Assembly: GCA_039183665.1 (NCBI GenBank)
Contig: JBCDBM010000001.1
Coordinates: forward strand, 1 to 49,404
DNA from: Pseudomonadota bacterium
GTDB lineage: Bacteria; Pseudomonadota; Alphaproteobacteria; Caulobacterales; Parvularculaceae
Length of the DNA: 49,404 nt
Direction of reading: 5' to 3'
The notes beneath the pieces are model-generated. The model ran no database searches, was not told where the DNA came from, and worked only from the letters and a program-made list of their open reading frames with translations. A program made the position numbers and the translations under genes. Positions 9,996 through 21,132 of the stretch are shown here, piece by piece (the stretch's first letter is position 1; each line of letters begins with the position of its first letter).

Positions 9996-11741
9996 TTAGC
10001 CAGTCGCTAGCTTTTTCGCGCCGCGCTGGGATTGGGGACGCTTGGCCGATGCGCGCTTGCGTTTTGGCTTTCCATCGATTTCCAATAGCGCATGCGCCGC
10101 GGCGCGCGCTTCATCGGTGACTTCAGCGCCCGACAGCATCCGCGCCAGCTCTTCAATACGCGCGTCAGATGTTAGCGGTGTCACCGACACTTCGGTCGCC
10201 GATTTGGTTTGGGTTTTTTCAACCCGCCAATGGTGCGCGCCCCTCGCCGCCACTTGCGGCGAGTGGGTGACCACGAGAACTTGTGCATCGCCCGCAAGGC
10301 GCGCAAGGCGCTCGCCCACAGCGTCCGCCACGGCGCCGCCCACGCCTGCATCCACCTCATCAAATATAATCACTGTTCTATCGTCTTTGGCCGCCAACGC
10401 CGCTTTCATGGCCAACACAAAGCGCGATAACTCCCCGCCTGACGCAATTGTTTTTAGGGGACCCGCGGGCGCACCCGGGTTCGTCGCGACCATAAACTCC
10501 ACATGGTCGACGCCTTCCCGCACAGGGTTGTCCGCATCAACAGTAATAACAGTCTCGAACACGGCGCGGCCAAGCTTCAATGGCGCTAGCTCGCCGGCAA
10601 CGGCTTTATCCAACTTTTTCGCCGCTGCCTTACGCTTTGCGGAAAGCGCGGCCGCCTTCTCATCATAGTCGTCTCGCGCGAGTTTCGCTTCAGTTTCCAG
10701 ATCGCCAAAGGCCGCTTCTCCGAGCTCAAGATCTTCGAGCGCAGCTTTGGTTTTTTCAAAAAACGTCACCAGAGCGTCCGGCTCCACGCCGTGTTTTCTC
10801 GCTTCGGCGCGAAGCGCAAAAAGTCGCGCTTCAGTGCGTTCAAGTTCCGCAGGGTCTGCATCAAAAACCGCCACCGCGTTGTCGATCGCGGCGCGCGCTT
10901 CGCCAGTTTCCAGAAGCGCAGCTTCCAAGCGTGCGGCGGCATTGCCCAAGGGCGTCGCGGCGTCACCGACGCGCGCAGCGGCCCGTTCAATCGCGTGCAG
11001 GCTTTTTGACAGGCGACCTTCCACATCTGTTTGCTCCAGCGCGGCGATCGCAGCGGATAAATCATCGGCGATTTTCTCGGAGGCCATCATGGTCGCGCGC
11101 TTTTCCGCCAAACGCGATTCTTCGCCGGGCTCGGGCGCCAAGTCCTCCAACACGCGCACAACATGGCGGAGATAATCGCTCTCGCGCATCGCCGCATCGC
11201 GGTCGCGCCGGCGCGCAGCTAACGACTCTTCAGCATCGCGCCATCGTCTCCATGCGGCCCCCACCGCGTCGACTCTTTTCTTCAAACCGCCAAACTCGTC
11301 GAGCATGCCGCGATGGGCGGCGGCCTTCAAAAACCCGCGTCCGTCATGCTGGCCGTGGATCTCTAAGAGGATCTCGCCAACGGCCCGCAAGGCGCCAATC
11401 GAGGCGGGCGCATCATTGATAAAGCCGCGTGTGCGCCCATCAGCATCTTGCACCCGACGTAAGATCAATTGATCGTCGTCGAGATCAAAGCCGTTCTCTT
11501 CCAAATATGTCCATACTGGATGATCAGCGCGCGGCTCAAACGCCGCTGTAACGGCGCCCTGCTTTGCGCCCGAACGCACGCCGCTGCGATCCGCGCGTGC
11601 GCCCGCCGCAAAGCCCAACGCATCCAAGAGAATGGATTTGCCCGCGCCAGTTTCCCCGGTGAGCGCCGTCAGTCCTGACGCCATTTCTAAGCGCGCGTCT
11701 CGGATCAGAACATAATCGCGTATATGTAGCGCCGTGAGCAT
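9996..11741 (-). CDS. recN: DNA repair protein RecN
   Basis: Start reassigned to MLTALHIRD (GGAGG upstream); TGETGAGKS, ASGGELSRF, IFDEVDAGVGG, VTHSPQVAA. Confidence 0.97.
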   Translation of the reverse strand: MLTALHIRDYVLIRDARLEMASGLTALTGETGAGKSILLDALGFAAGARADRSGVRSGAKQGAVTAAFEPRADHPVWTYLEENGFDLDDDQLILRRVQDADGRTRGFINDAPASIGALRAVGEILLEIHGQHDGRGFLKAAAHRGMLDEFGGLKKRVDAVGAAWRRWRDAEESLAARRRDRDAAMRESDYLRHVVRVLEDLAPEPGEESRLAEKRATMMASEKIADDLSAAIAALEQTDVEGRLSKSLHAIERAAARVGDAATPLGNAAARLEAALLETGEARAAIDNAVAVFDADPAELERTEARLFALRAEARKHGVEPDALVTFFEKTKAALEDLELGEAAFGDLETEAKLARDDYDEKAAALSAKRKAAAKKLDKAVAGELAPLKLGRAVFETVITVDADNPVREGVDHVEFMVATNPGAPAGPLKTIASGGELSRFVLAMKAALAAKDDRTVIIFDEVDAGVGGAVADAVGERLARLAGDAQVLVVTHSPQVAARGAHHWRVEKTQTKSATEVSVTPLTSDARIEELARMLSGAEVTDEARAAAHALLEIDGKPKRKRASAKRPQSQRGAKKLATG

Positions 11742-11841
11742 CGCCCCTCCTGACGCAACTGGTCCAGCCCTATGATGTAAAGAGGTTTGACGGGCCCGCA
11801 AAGCCCTACGCCTCGGATTTGGCGCTAGCCGCGCGAAGGGC

Positions 11842-12723
11842 CTAGTTTTCCTGGGCGATCAACGGTGCGCCGCTTTCGGCGCCAGTCGCTTCTGGGGCAA
11901 GAATGGCGGCTGTTTGCGTTGACGCACCAACGCTGTTCGCCTCAGCCAACAGACCAAAGTCTTCAAACAGGCGATAGGTGTCTTCATACCACCGGCTGCC
12001 TGGATAGTTGTGGCCCAAGACCGCCGCCGCCGCTCGGGCTTCCGGGATTACCCCGATTTCCAAGTACGCTTCGACCATCCGGTGTAGCGCCTCAGCGGCG
12101 TGGCTTGTGGTTTGGTAACGGGTCAACACCGTCTTGAAGCGATTGATCGCAGCAATGTGTTTGTTCTCTTTTAAATAGAACCGCCCCACATACATCTCTT
12201 TGCCCGCCAAATGATCAAAGGTGAGATCAAGCTTCAGGCGGGCGTCGCGTGCATACTCCGTATCCGGATAACGGCGCACCACATCTGTGAGCGCTGCGAC
12301 GGCTTTCTCCGTGAAATCCTGATCGCGCCCCACATCGCGAATGCGCTCATAATAGCACATGGCCTTCAAATAATAGGCGTAAGGAGCGTCCTTGTTGCCT
12401 GGGTGCAACGCGATGAACTGGTCGAGTGACGTCAGGGCGTCTTCGTAGTCATTGCCCTCATAATGGGCAAAGGCTTTCATCAACATGGCGCGCCGCGCCC
12501 AAGCCGAATAGGGGTGTTGTCGTTCGACTTCTTCAAACAGCGCGATCGCGGTATCGAACCGCCGGCGCTCCAGCGACTCTGCCGCCTCCGCATAAAGCAA
12601 CTCGACCGGTCGCTCTACATAGGCGAATTTCGCGTCTTTATCGGACGAGCCGCAAGCCGCTACGGCAATGCAAAAAAACGCCAAGCCAGTGAGTTTGAGA
12701 GAAGAAGTCATTCGGAACGCCAC
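11842..12723 (-). CDS. bamD: Outer-membrane assembly lipoprotein BamD
   Basis: Lipobox VAAC, TPR-like ERQHPYS.WARRA, RDQ..T, E.YVGRFY..AAINRF; conserved lpxC-bamD-recN order. Confidence 0.95.
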   Translation of the reverse strand: MAFRMTSSLKLTGLAFFCIAVAACGSSDKDAKFAYVERPVELLYAEAAESLERRRFDTAIALFEEVERQHPYSAWARRAMLMKAFAHYEGNDYEDALTSLDQFIALHPGNKDAPYAYYLKAMCYYERIRDVGRDQDFTEKAVAALTDVVRRYPDTEYARDARLKLDLTFDHLAGKEMYVGRFYLKENKHIAAINRFKTVLTRYQTTSHAAEALHRMVEAYLEIGVIPEARAAAAVLGHNYPGSRWYEDTYRLFEDFGLLAEANSVGASTQTAAILAPEATGAESGAPLIAQEN

Positions 12724-12807
12724 GCCTACCCATCCGCTTTCAATAGCGCCCCCGCGCGCTTCGTTTTCTAAAGCGCGTGGCCTGATGCGTCAAACGGCGG
12801 TCTGGGA

Positions 12808-13719
12808 TTAAGCGACGACGGCGTGTTCGGCAGCAGCCATCGGCTCGCGAACGCCGGCTGCGGCCCGCGCTACAGCTAAGGCCGCGCGGGTGTTCAGATC
12901 ATGACCCGGCTTATGGGCGCGAATGGCCCCGCGAATGGGCGCGCCGAGCAAGTAGAGGTCGCCGATGAGATCCAGCGCCTTGTGCAACGCAAATTCACGC
13001 TCATCCCGAAGGGGTTGATCGTTCAGAATGCGCTCACCATCGACCACGATCGCATTATCCATGGACCCGCCCCGGATGAGCCCCATCTGGCGCAGTGTCT
13101 CCACCTCGTCCAACCTGCAGAAAGTGCGCGCTGAAGCGATGCGATCAATGAAACCAGGATCTTCCAGATCCAAAACAATAGATTGACGCCCGATAAAACA
13201 ATCCGGGAAGTCGATCGTCACCGATAGCTTGCGCGCCGCCGCTGGTTCAATCGAAATGAACCGATCGCCCTCGACCACGCTGATCGGGTGATCAATATCG
13301 ATGTCGCGCCGCGTTTCAGGGAGCGTTTTTAATCCCTTAGCGCAGATCCCGGCTACAAACGCAGACGCGCTGCCATCCAGGATGGGCACTTCCGGTCCCA
13401 CGAGGTCAATGACCGCATTATCGACCCCGCAAAGGGCCAATGCGGCCATCAAATGCTCGACTGTGCTCACATAAGCGCCTTGACCATTGGCGATTGTGGT
13501 GCCGTGATCAGCGCGGATGACGTTGTCAGGATTGGCCAAAATTTTCGCTGCGCGATTCTTGCGCGCGTCGCCGTTCATCAGATCCCGTCTGAGAAACACG
13601 ATCCCCGCGTCGCCTGGCGCCGGAGACACGGTGAGTTCTACACTCTTACCCGAATGCAGGCCCACGCCCTTGAACAAGGCAGGCGCACTTAACGTTTTTT
13701 GCCAGTTGCCCCCAGTCAC
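12808..13719 (-). CDS. lpxC: UDP-3-O-acyl-N-acetylglucosamine deacetylase
   Basis: GVGLHSG, TVEHLMAAL, EVPILDGSA, ARTFC, HKALDLIGDL, GH.LN. Confidence 0.97.
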   Translation of the reverse strand: MTGGNWQKTLSAPALFKGVGLHSGKSVELTVSPAPGDAGIVFLRRDLMNGDARKNRAAKILANPDNVIRADHGTTIANGQGAYVSTVEHLMAALALCGVDNAVIDLVGPEVPILDGSASAFVAGICAKGLKTLPETRRDIDIDHPISVVEGDRFISIEPAAARKLSVTIDFPDCFIGRQSIVLDLEDPGFIDRIASARTFCRLDEVETLRQMGLIRGGSMDNAIVVDGERILNDQPLRDEREFALHKALDLIGDLYLLGAPIRGAIRAHKPGHDLNTRAALAVARAAAGVREPMAAAEHAVVA

Positions 13720-13769
13720 TTTGGCTACTCACTCTCAACTGCGACCGTCGACCGATCGTTATAGTCTTG

Positions 13770-13778
13770 TGTGGATAA
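13770..13778. promoter_or_regulatory. Consensus DnaA box upstream of lpxC
   Basis: TGTGGATAA (TTATCCACA on the minus strand), about 50 nt upstream of the lpxC start. Confidence 0.4.
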
Positions 13779-13857
13779 CGAGCATGCTATGGATTTCTGT
13801 TGCACTGCAAACAATTTGCCGATCAAGGTTTGTTTCGAAATGTTTCAATCTCAATAG

Positions 13858-13894
13858 AAAAAGCGCGCCGAGCATGATCCCGGCGCGCTTCTTT
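13858..13894 (-). terminator. Rho-independent terminator after ftsZ
   Basis: Minus strand AAGCGCGCCG-loop-CGGCGCGCTT followed by TTTCT. Confidence 0.75.
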
Positions 13895-13935
13895 GTAAAT
13901 GTTCGAGCGACGACATTTCGCCGTAGCGTTTTCTT

Positions 13936-15492
13936 TTAGCCGGTTTTTTTCTTCCGCAAGAAAGATGGGATCTCAAGATCAGCGTCTTCCTGGTTGTCGA
14001 ATAGGTCGCCGCGGACCGACGGCGAAGGCCGTGTTGATTCGGGTGCGCGAGGCGGCGGTAAATCCCGGCGATCCTCCGGCGCTGCGCCACCGCCCAGGGA
14101 TTTGAAGATATCCACTGCAGCTTCTAGCGAGTGCTTGCCCAGCGTTTGGGCCCCACGGAACGGGTTATTTTTCGGGTCGCGCGCATGCTCTGCTGGCTGC
14201 AACCTTGGTTCGGCCGGCGGCGCAGCCGCCGCGCGCTCGCCACTTGAGCCTTCGGTCAGCATTCGCCGAATGCGCTCATGAACATCACCAACGGGGTTTG
14301 TCGCATCGGCGCTCGCCGCGGGTGCAACAGCAGGCGGCGCAGATTGCGCTGGCGCAGCGACTGGCGCGGCTTGTGTCGGCGCCGCCGCTTGAACAGGCGC
14401 AGCTTGTGTTTGCGCAACGGGTTGCTCCGCCGCGGCCGGAACACGCGGCTCGACAACCTTTGGTTCGCGCCAAGGCTTCGCAATCGCCCCGGTATTGATG
14501 CGAACGCTCGGCCGGTTTTCTTTCTCATCGATGTCGATGCCTGTCGCGACGACAGACACGCGCACGCGGCCTTCCAATTCCTGATTGAAGGTTGAACCCA
14601 CAATAATATTCGCATCCGTATCAACTTCAGCGCGGATGCGATTGGCCGCCTCGTCCACTTCAAATAGCGTCATATCCATGGAGCCGGTGATATTGATAAG
14701 AACGCCCTTCGCGCCTTTCATGGAGACTTCATCGAGCAGCGGATTCGAAATTGCCGCCTCTGCAGCTTCGATCGCCCGCTTCTCGCCTTCGGCTTCGCCG
14801 GTACCCATCATCGCTTTGCCCATCTCGCTCATCACGGTCCGGACATCGGCAAAGTCGAGATTAATCAGCCCCGGCATCACCATTAGATCAGTGATGCCGC
14901 GCACGCCGGAATGGAGCACGCGGTCCGCCATGGCGAACGCCTCGTGGAATGTGGTCCGTTCATTGGCGATGGAAAACAGATTTTGATTGGGAATGATCAG
15001 CAGCGTGTCGACATGCTTCTGAAGTTCTTCAATGCCCGCAGCTGCAATGCGCATGCGTCGCGCGCCTTCAAAGTGGAACGGCTTGGTGATGACGCCAACA
15101 GTCAAAATGTCCCGCTCTTTAGCCGCTTTGGCGATAACGGGCGCCGCGCCCGTGCCTGTGCCGCCGCCCATACCGGCGGTGACAAACAGCATGTGGCAAT
15201 TGCCAACGTGCTCGAGGATTTCGTCGAGCGATTCTTCGGCGGCCGCACGGCCGATGTCCGGAACTGAGCCAGCGCCCAAGCCCTGCGTGGTCTTGACGCC
15301 GAGCTGGATGCACTTCTCAGCTTGCGAGAGTCCCACCGCTTGCGCGTCTGTATTGGCGACCACGAAGTCGACGCCCTCGAGCGAGCTCTCGATCATGTTG
15401 TTAACGGCGTTTCCGCCGGCGCCCCCGACACCGATGACGGTAATGCGCGGTTTCAGTTCAGTGACTTCGGGCACGCTCAGATTCAATGGCAT
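13936..15492 (-). CDS. ftsZ: Cell division protein FtsZ
   Basis: [11 protein letters not shown], tubulin signature GGGTGTG, NLDFADV, long Ala/Pro/Gln linker, C-terminal DLEIPSFLR. Confidence 0.99.
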   Translation of the reverse strand: MPLNLSVPEVTELKPRITVIGVGGAGGNAVNNMIESSLEGVDFVVANTDAQAVGLSQAEKCIQLGVKTTQGLGAGSVPDIGRAAAEESLDEILEHVGNCHMLFVTAGMGGGTGTGAAPVIAKAAKERDILTVGVITKPFHFEGARRMRIAAAGIEELQKHVDTLLIIPNQNLFSIANERTTFHEAFAMADRVLHSGVRGITDLMVMPGLINLDFADVRTVMSEMGKAMMGTGEAEGEKRAIEAAEAAISNPLLDEVSMKGAKGVLINITGSMDMTLFEVDEAANRIRAEVDTDANIIVGSTFNQELEGRVRVSVVATGIDIDEKENRPSVRINTGAIAKPWREPKVVEPRVPAAAEQPVAQTQAAPVQAAAPTQAAPVAAPAQSAPPAVAPAASADATNPVGDVHERIRRMLTEGSSGERAAAAPPAEPRLQPAEHARDPKNNPFRGAQTLGKHSLEAAVDIFKSLGGGAAPEDRRDLPPPRAPESTRPSPSVRGDLFDNQEDADLEIPSFLRKKKTG

Positions 15493-15549
15493 TAAACGCT
15501 CCGGTTTTTTAGCAGGCTACGGACGTGCTTTTGCGGGCCCGCCCCTTTG

Positions 15550-15596
15550 TTAAAGAATCGTTCACAACCGTTTCCAAATGGTTAACGCCATCTTAA
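15550..15596. promoter_or_regulatory. CtrA box(es) and GANTC site in the ftsA-ftsZ intergenic region
   Basis: Perfect TTAA-CGCCATC-TTAA at 15582-15596; one-mismatch TTAA-AGAATCG-TTCA at 15550-15564 containing GAATC. Confidence 0.72.
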
Positions 15597-15604
15597 AGAT
15601 GCGC

Positions 15605-16876
15605 TTAAAACTTGGCTCGTAACCAAGCCTCCACACCCCCGAAAACGGATTTGTTCGTTAACGAATGAGGTGATTGGTGCGAAAGGCCAAGCGTTGATTT
15701 CAACTCTGAGTCAGTTTTTAAGAAATTTTGGATGAGGCCGGCGCAGACGGCGAAGCTGGGTGCGCTCGCAGTTTCCGGTGCGCCCGAAAGCGCTTGGGGT
15801 TGGCCTAATCGACATTTCATGCCGAGCACACGTTCGCCGACTTCGCGAGCGCCCACCAATAGACTGCCGCCGCCGGTGATGACAGCGCGGCGTAAGCCGG
15901 AACGGCCGAGCTGATCATCGGGCAGGCGCTCGCTCACAAGCTCAAAAATCTCTTCGAGACGTGGAATGATCACTTCGCACAAATCGGCGCGCGAGGCCCT
16001 CGACATGGTTTCTTCAGCGCCCGCTTCCGGCAAATCAATGAGGCGATGCTCATCGCCCAACCCGATAAGCGCCGCGCCATGAATAGTTTTCACGCGCTCC
16101 GCATCAGCAAAGGACGCACCGAAAATTTGTGCGATGTCCTTGGTGACGTGCCCGCCGCCGACGGGCGCGCCGCCGCAATCAATCATCACCCCATCGTCAT
16201 AGACCGCATAGCCCGTCGACCCGGCGCCAATATCAATGACGGCGACGCCTAAGTCTTTTTCATCTTCAATCAATGTCGCCTCAGCGGCGGCATAGGGCGC
16301 AGCCACAAATTCGTCGCACACCAAACCGCAGCGTTCCAAAAGGGCCCGCAGATTGTCGATAAGACTTTGCTTTGCAGAAAGCCCAAGCATCTCAATCGAT
16401 AGGGACGACCCCACTAGCCCGACGGGATCACCTGGGATTTCCTCGCCGTCAATGCGCGATGACACCAGCGTCGCATGGAGCGATGCGCAATCATGCGCCG
16501 CGACGGCGCGGGCGCCCTCGGCGAGTGAGTCGTCAAGATCTTCCTCGGTGACGACACCGCCCATAATGCCAATATCGACGCCGATTTTGCGGGCGCGCAC
16601 GCTTGGGCCCGGCAGGGCAACGGAAACATGGCGCACGCGAACGCCCGCCATTCGTTCTGCGGCGTCGACGGCGCGGCGCACGCCGAGTTCCCACTGGTCG
16701 ATCGTGCGCGCACGGTTTAAGGCAGCCGGTGCTCCATGATAGCCGACCCCAATGATTTCCGCTTGCGCAGGCAAAACGCCGCCATCATCTATGCGCGCGA
16801 CAAAGCAGGCGACTTTCGACGCGCCAATGTCCAAAACGGCGATTTGCGTTTTGTCATTACGAGGACGATCAAACAT
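15605..16876 (-). CDS. ftsA: Cell division protein FtsA
   Basis: LDIGASKV, IDIGAGST, GGGHVTKDIA, AERVK, ITGGGSLL, C-terminal amphipathic helix (VEAWLRAKF). Confidence 0.96.
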   Translation of the reverse strand: MFDRPRNDKTQIAVLDIGASKVACFVARIDDGGVLPAQAEIIGVGYHGAPAALNRARTIDQWELGVRRAVDAAERMAGVRVRHVSVALPGPSVRARKIGVDIGIMGGVVTEEDLDDSLAEGARAVAAHDCASLHATLVSSRIDGEEIPGDPVGLVGSSLSIEMLGLSAKQSLIDNLRALLERCGLVCDEFVAAPYAAAEATLIEDEKDLGVAVIDIGAGSTGYAVYDDGVMIDCGGAPVGGGHVTKDIAQIFGASFADAERVKTIHGAALIGLGDEHRLIDLPEAGAEETMSRASRADLCEVIIPRLEEIFELVSERLPDDQLGRSGLRRAVITGGGSLLVGAREVGERVLGMKCRLGQPQALSGAPETASAPSFAVCAGLIQNFLKTDSELKSTLGLSHQSPHSLTNKSVFGGVEAWLRAKF

Positions 16877-16994
16877 GAACTGTTTACAGCGTTGCTGAGG
16901 AATGCTCGTTTTATCGTTTCACAATTTGCCCACGGGTCAAAGAGAAAATAGCTCTGGCGCCGCATGAGTATTCTTTAATTAACTTATGCGAGCG

Positions 16995-17852
16995 CTATTG
17001 CGCGACTTCTTCGTCACCATCGACTTCTTTAAAAACGAGACGCTCTTCATCGCGCAAATCTACGTATGCAATTTCGCGATCAAGCAGTCCGTATGCGGCG
17101 TGAAGCGAGGCCAGATCCCGAACCGCGCGCGAAAAGCTATGTTCGGGGAATTTTACGTCCCCCCCATTTCGTAACCGCATGTTCCATCGTCGGTCGCCAA
17201 CACGAATGAGTGCTGCCGCGCGACCCCATAAATCCGATTCCCGGCGCAGCGCAGTGAGGATGCCCGCCGCGGACTCTGGCGCTCCTGCGCCGACGATCAG
17301 CGGTAGGTTCGAATATTCGTAAACATCAACCTCGCGAATAACTGCGCCATTTACGTCAATGAGGTGCAGCGCGCCTGACATCTGCCAAACAGCGGCGGGT
17401 TCGCGTTCGCGAATGGAAACATGAACAGTGTCTGGCCAAAGTCGCGATACGGCCGCGACGCGGACCCAGCCGATTTCTTCGACGCGCGCGCGGGCCGCGT
17501 GCGGATCAAGATGCAACAAGGAGGCGCCGATTACCGGCCCGACGGCGGCGAGAATCTCTTCGCGGCTCGTATGATTCAGTCCCTTGGCGGTGATACGGTC
17601 GGTTTGAAAACCAACGCCGATAACGCTCGCGCGCATCATTCGATCAACCCGTTCGCCAATTAAACCGAAATAACCGGCGCTCCACAACGCGGCTGCACCA
17701 ATGACGGCAGCAACAGTAACCCCCGCGCCCACGGCGACGGCGGTGCGTCCCGCCACAATCTGCAGCGCGCTGAATGGAGGTCGCGCAGAAGGGGTTTTCT
17801 TGTTTGTTTTTCGAGCTTTAGTCGCCGTCTTTTTCTTTTTCACCTTAGGCAT
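16995..17852 (-). CDS. ftsQ: Cell division protein FtsQ
   Basis: Basic N-terminus, one TM, POTRA region ([13 protein letters not shown]), EREP.AVWQ, RRWN, YVDLRD. Confidence 0.95.
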   Translation of the reverse strand: MPKVKKKKTATKARKTNKKTPSARPPFSALQIVAGRTAVAVGAGVTVAAVIGAAALWSAGYFGLIGERVDRMMRASVIGVGFQTDRITAKGLNHTSREEILAAVGPVIGASLLHLDPHAARARVEEIGWVRVAAVSRLWPDTVHVSIREREPAAVWQMSGALHLIDVNGAVIREVDVYEYSNLPLIVGAGAPESAAGILTALRRESDLWGRAAALIRVGDRRWNMRLRNGGDVKFPEHSFSRAVRDLASLHAAYGLLDREIAYVDLRDEERLVFKEVDGDEEVAQ

Positions 17853-18763
17853 GAAGCGTCCTCAATAAGCCACGAGCATAGATCACCGAAATCCATTCCT
17901 GTGTGGGCTGCTTGTTCTGGCGACAGGGATGTCGGGGTGAGGCCGGGCTGCGTGTTGACCTCTAAGCAATAAACGCCGTCTGCCCCCGCCCTCTCATCAT
18001 ACCGAAAGTCGGCGCGCGACAGGCCGCGGCAGCCAAGCGCAACATGCGCACGCACCGCCAAATCCAAACACCGTTGCGTAATGTCCGTCGGCAGTTCCGC
18101 CGGCAAGATATGCTGCGAGCCGCCGGCGGCGTATTTGGCCTCATAATCATAAAACGCGAGGGCCGTTGTTATTTCAGTAACGCAAAGGGCGCGATCGCCC
18201 AGTACTGAAACCGTCAATTCGCGCCCCGGGACAAATGTTTCTACGAGCACCTCGTCGCCGAGACTCCACTCATCACTCGTCAACTCTGAGGGGGGTCTAT
18301 TGTCTCCCTCGCGCACAATGAACACGCCAACGGATGAACCTTGGGCATTGGGTTTTACGACATAGGGCGGCTTCATCACATGGTCTCGCGCCGCGTCAGA
18401 CAAAGGCACGATTTTACCTTCGGGCGCGGGAATATCCGCTTGTGCGAAAACGCTCTTGGCCCGTTGTTTGTCCATCGCCAAAGCAGAGGCCAAAACGCCT
18501 GAGTGCGTGTAGGGCAATCCCATGACTTCGAGCAGCCCTTGGACGCAGCCGTCCTCACCCCATTGTCCGTGCAATGCATTAAAGACCGCATCTGGCGCCG
18601 CTTCTTCGAGACGACCTGCGACATCGCGGTTCGCGTCAATTTCTACAACGTCAAACCCGCGCGCGCGCAGGGCTTGGGCCGCCGCCGCGCCAGAAACAAG
18701 TGACACTTCGCGCTCTGGCGACCAGCCGCCCATTAACACCGCTATGCGTTTAAACTTGCCCAT
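17840..18763 (-). CDS. ddl: D-alanine--D-alanine ligase
   Basis: [41 protein letters not shown]. Confidence 0.97.
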   Translation of the reverse strand: MGKFKRIAVLMGGWSPEREVSLVSGAAAAQALRARGFDVVEIDANRDVAGRLEEAAPDAVFNALHGQWGEDGCVQGLLEVMGLPYTHSGVLASALAMDKQRAKSVFAQADIPAPEGKIVPLSDAARDHVMKPPYVVKPNAQGSSVGVFIVREGDNRPPSELTSDEWSLGDEVLVETFVPGRELTVSVLGDRALCVTEITTALAFYDYEAKYAAGGSQHILPAELPTDITQRCLDLAVRAHVALGCRGLSRADFRYDERAGADGVYCLEVNTQPGLTPTSLSPEQAAHTGMDFGDLCSWLIEDASCLR

Positions 18764-18769
18764 TGCTCG

Positions 18770-19678
18770 CTAACCTTCGCGTGACTCGCCGATCCTGCGA
18801 ATCTCCCATCGAAGCTTTACGCCCTTGTTAATTTCGACGTCCCGGCGCACTGATTCGCCAAGCGCTTCCAGATCCGCCGCCGTAGCGTCCCCGAGATTGA
18901 TCATGAAATTGCAATGGCGCTCGGACATCTGGGCGCCGCCGACCATGCGTCCTCGCCCGCCGATTTCGTCTATCAATTGCCAAGACTTGCCGCCGTCGGG
19001 GTTCGCGAAAGTCGACCCGCCGGTGCGCTCGCGAATGGGCTGAGACGCTTCGCGTCGTTCCATGATGTCAGCCATTCGCGCTTCAATCTTAGCGGGCTCG
19101 TCTTTATGGCCGCGGAAGCGCGCACCGGTGAAAATGACATCGTCCGCCGCGTCGCAATGGCGATAGGAAAAGCCCAGTTGCTCGCGAGAAAAGGTTTTCC
19201 GCCGCCCTTGCCGGTCAACGCCCCAGGCTTCGATAAGAACGTCCTGTGTTTCACCGCCATAGGCGCCCGCATTCATCGCGAGCGCGCCGCCGATTGTTCC
19301 GGGCACGCCCCGATAAAACTCCAGCCCAGCGATGCCCGCAGCGGCGGCGCGCTTGGCGACGTGCGCATCGAGCGATGCGGCGCCGGCGACAACGTCCGCG
19401 CCTTCGACAGCGATGTTGGCGAACGATGCACCCAGACGCACCACCACGCCGCGTATCCCGCCGTCACGCACCAACAGATTGGAGCCTACGCCCACAGGAT
19501 AAACCGGCATGTCAGGGTCCAGAGCGGTTAAGAACTGCGCCAAATCCTGTTCATCAGCCGGTGAAAAAAGCACATCCGCCGGGCCGCCAACGCGAAGCCA
19601 TGTCAATGCAGACATGTCTGCCGCGGCAACTAGCTTGCCGCGCACATCGGGCAGGGTCGATGACTGAGCGCCCATCAC
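18770..19678 (-). CDS. murB: UDP-N-acetylmuramate dehydrogenase
   Basis: RVGGPAD, GVGSNLLVRDGG, PGTIGGAL.MNAGAYG, GSTFANP, HCNF; start approximate (GTG/ATG at 19678/19675). Confidence 0.96.
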   Translation of the reverse strand: MMGAQSSTLPDVRGKLVAAADMSALTWLRVGGPADVLFSPADEQDLAQFLTALDPDMPVYPVGVGSNLLVRDGGIRGVVVRLGASFANIAVEGADVVAGAASLDAHVAKRAAAAGIAGLEFYRGVPGTIGGALAMNAGAYGGETQDVLIEAWGVDRQGRRKTFSREQLGFSYRHCDAADDVIFTGARFRGHKDEPAKIEARMADIMERREASQPIRERTGGSTFANPDGGKSWQLIDEIGGRGRMVGGAQMSERHCNFMINLGDATAADLEALGESVRRDVEINKGVKLRWEIRRIGESREG

Positions 19679-19679
19679 C

Positions 19680-21128
19680 TTAGGCCAAACTTTCAAGCGC
19701 GCCAGCAAGGGCGTTGGCGTGTCGCGTGATATCGCCGGCGCCCAAGCAAATCACCGTGTCGCCTGGCGAGGCTGCGGCCGCCACAAGCGCCGGCAAGTCG
19801 TCGAAGGATTTTAGGGCGCGCGCGTCGCGATGGCCGCGCGCGGCGAGTTCAGCTACGAGCGCATCGCGGTTCGCCCCATCGATGGGGTGTTCGCCGGCGG
19901 CGAAAACATCCGCGATCACCGCAATATCAGCCTCTAACAGGCAGGTGCAAAAGTCGTCGAACAAATCGCGCAAGCGCGTGTAGCGGTGCGGCTGCACCAC
20001 CGCAATTATTTTCCCTGCCGATACATTGCGCCCTGCGCGCAATACCGCTGATATCTCTGCGGGATGATGGCCATAATCATCGATAATCGTGACGCCATTC
20101 CACTCCCCGGCGTGCGTGAAGCGTCGTTTCACCCCAGCGAATTTCGAAAGCCCTTTACGGATTTGATCATCAGTAACCCCCAAGCGCTTTGCGACGACCG
20201 CAGCGGGCAAACTGTTTAAAACGTTGTGCAAGCCCGGCATGGGAAGTTGCACGCCGGCGATGCGGCCAGTCTCGCGACCGCGATCGCGAAACACAATATC
20301 GTAAATCGACAGGCCGCCTTCAAAACGAATGTTATCCGCGCGTATATCCGCTTGCGGATTAACGCCGTAGGTGATCAGGCGGCGGTCCATGACGCGCCCG
20401 ACCAGGGCTTGCACTTCCGGGTGATCGAGACACACGACGCCAAAACCATAAAAGGGCGTATTTTCAACGAATGTGTCAAAGGCGCTGCGCAATTCTTGAA
20501 ACCCGCCCCAATGGTCTAGATGTTCAGGGTCAATATTGGTGACAATCGCAATGGTCGTTGGTAGGCGGATAAAGGTGCCGTCGGACTCATCGGCTTCCAC
20601 CACCATCCAATCCCCCTCGCCCAGCCGCGCATTGGCGCCATAGGCGTTGATAACACCGCCATTAATGACTGTGGGATCGAGATCCGCCGCATCTAGGAGC
20701 GCCGCAATCATGCTAGTTGTAGTCGTTTTACCGTGGGTGCCAGCGACGCTCACCGTCCATTTGAGGCGCATCAGTTCGGCGAGCATATCCGCGCGACGCA
20801 CCACAGGAATATGGCGCGCGCGCGCTGCGGCGATCTCGGGATTTGTTCTGCGAATTGCCGTCGACATGATGACTGCCGCCGCGCCTTCAATGTTCTCCGG
20901 CGCATGGCCAATCTTGATAGATACGCCTTTGTCGCGAAGACGCAGAACATTTGGGTTGTCCGCGATGTCGCTGCCCTGAACTTGATAGCCCAAATTGTGC
21001 ATCACCTCGGCGATGCCGCTCATACCGATACCGCCGATCCCGACGAAATGGATGGGCCCCACCGCAAAGGGCAAGCGCACTTTCGTATTGGGCGGATGAA
21101 TGACGGCGAACTTTTCGGAAGAGGTCAT
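19680..21128 (-). CDS. murC: UDP-N-acetylmuramate--L-alanine ligase
   Basis: [35 protein letters not shown]. Confidence 0.98.
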   Translation of the reverse strand: MTSSEKFAVIHPPNTKVRLPFAVGPIHFVGIGGIGMSGIAEVMHNLGYQVQGSDIADNPNVLRLRDKGVSIKIGHAPENIEGAAAVIMSTAIRRTNPEIAAARARHIPVVRRADMLAELMRLKWTVSVAGTHGKTTTTSMIAALLDAADLDPTVINGGVINAYGANARLGEGDWMVVEADESDGTFIRLPTTIAIVTNIDPEHLDHWGGFQELRSAFDTFVENTPFYGFGVVCLDHPEVQALVGRVMDRRLITYGVNPQADIRADNIRFEGGLSIYDIVFRDRGRETGRIAGVQLPMPGLHNVLNSLPAAVVAKRLGVTDDQIRKGLSKFAGVKRRFTHAGEWNGVTIIDDYGHHPAEISAVLRAGRNVSAGKIIAVVQPHRYTRLRDLFDDFCTCLLEADIAVIADVFAAGEHPIDGANRDALVAELAARGHRDARALKSFDDLPALVAAAASPGDTVICLGAGDITRHANALAGALESLA

Positions 21129-21132
21129 GCGC

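Noticed and set aside
10042-11419. Plus-strand ORFs of 208-279 aa over recN
   Set aside because: Ala/Ser/Arg-rich antisense shadows of a well-supported gene.
14320-14440. Repetitive GCG/CCG-rich DNA in ftsZ
   Set aside because: Reflects the Ala/Pro low-complexity linker, not a DNA repeat element or array.
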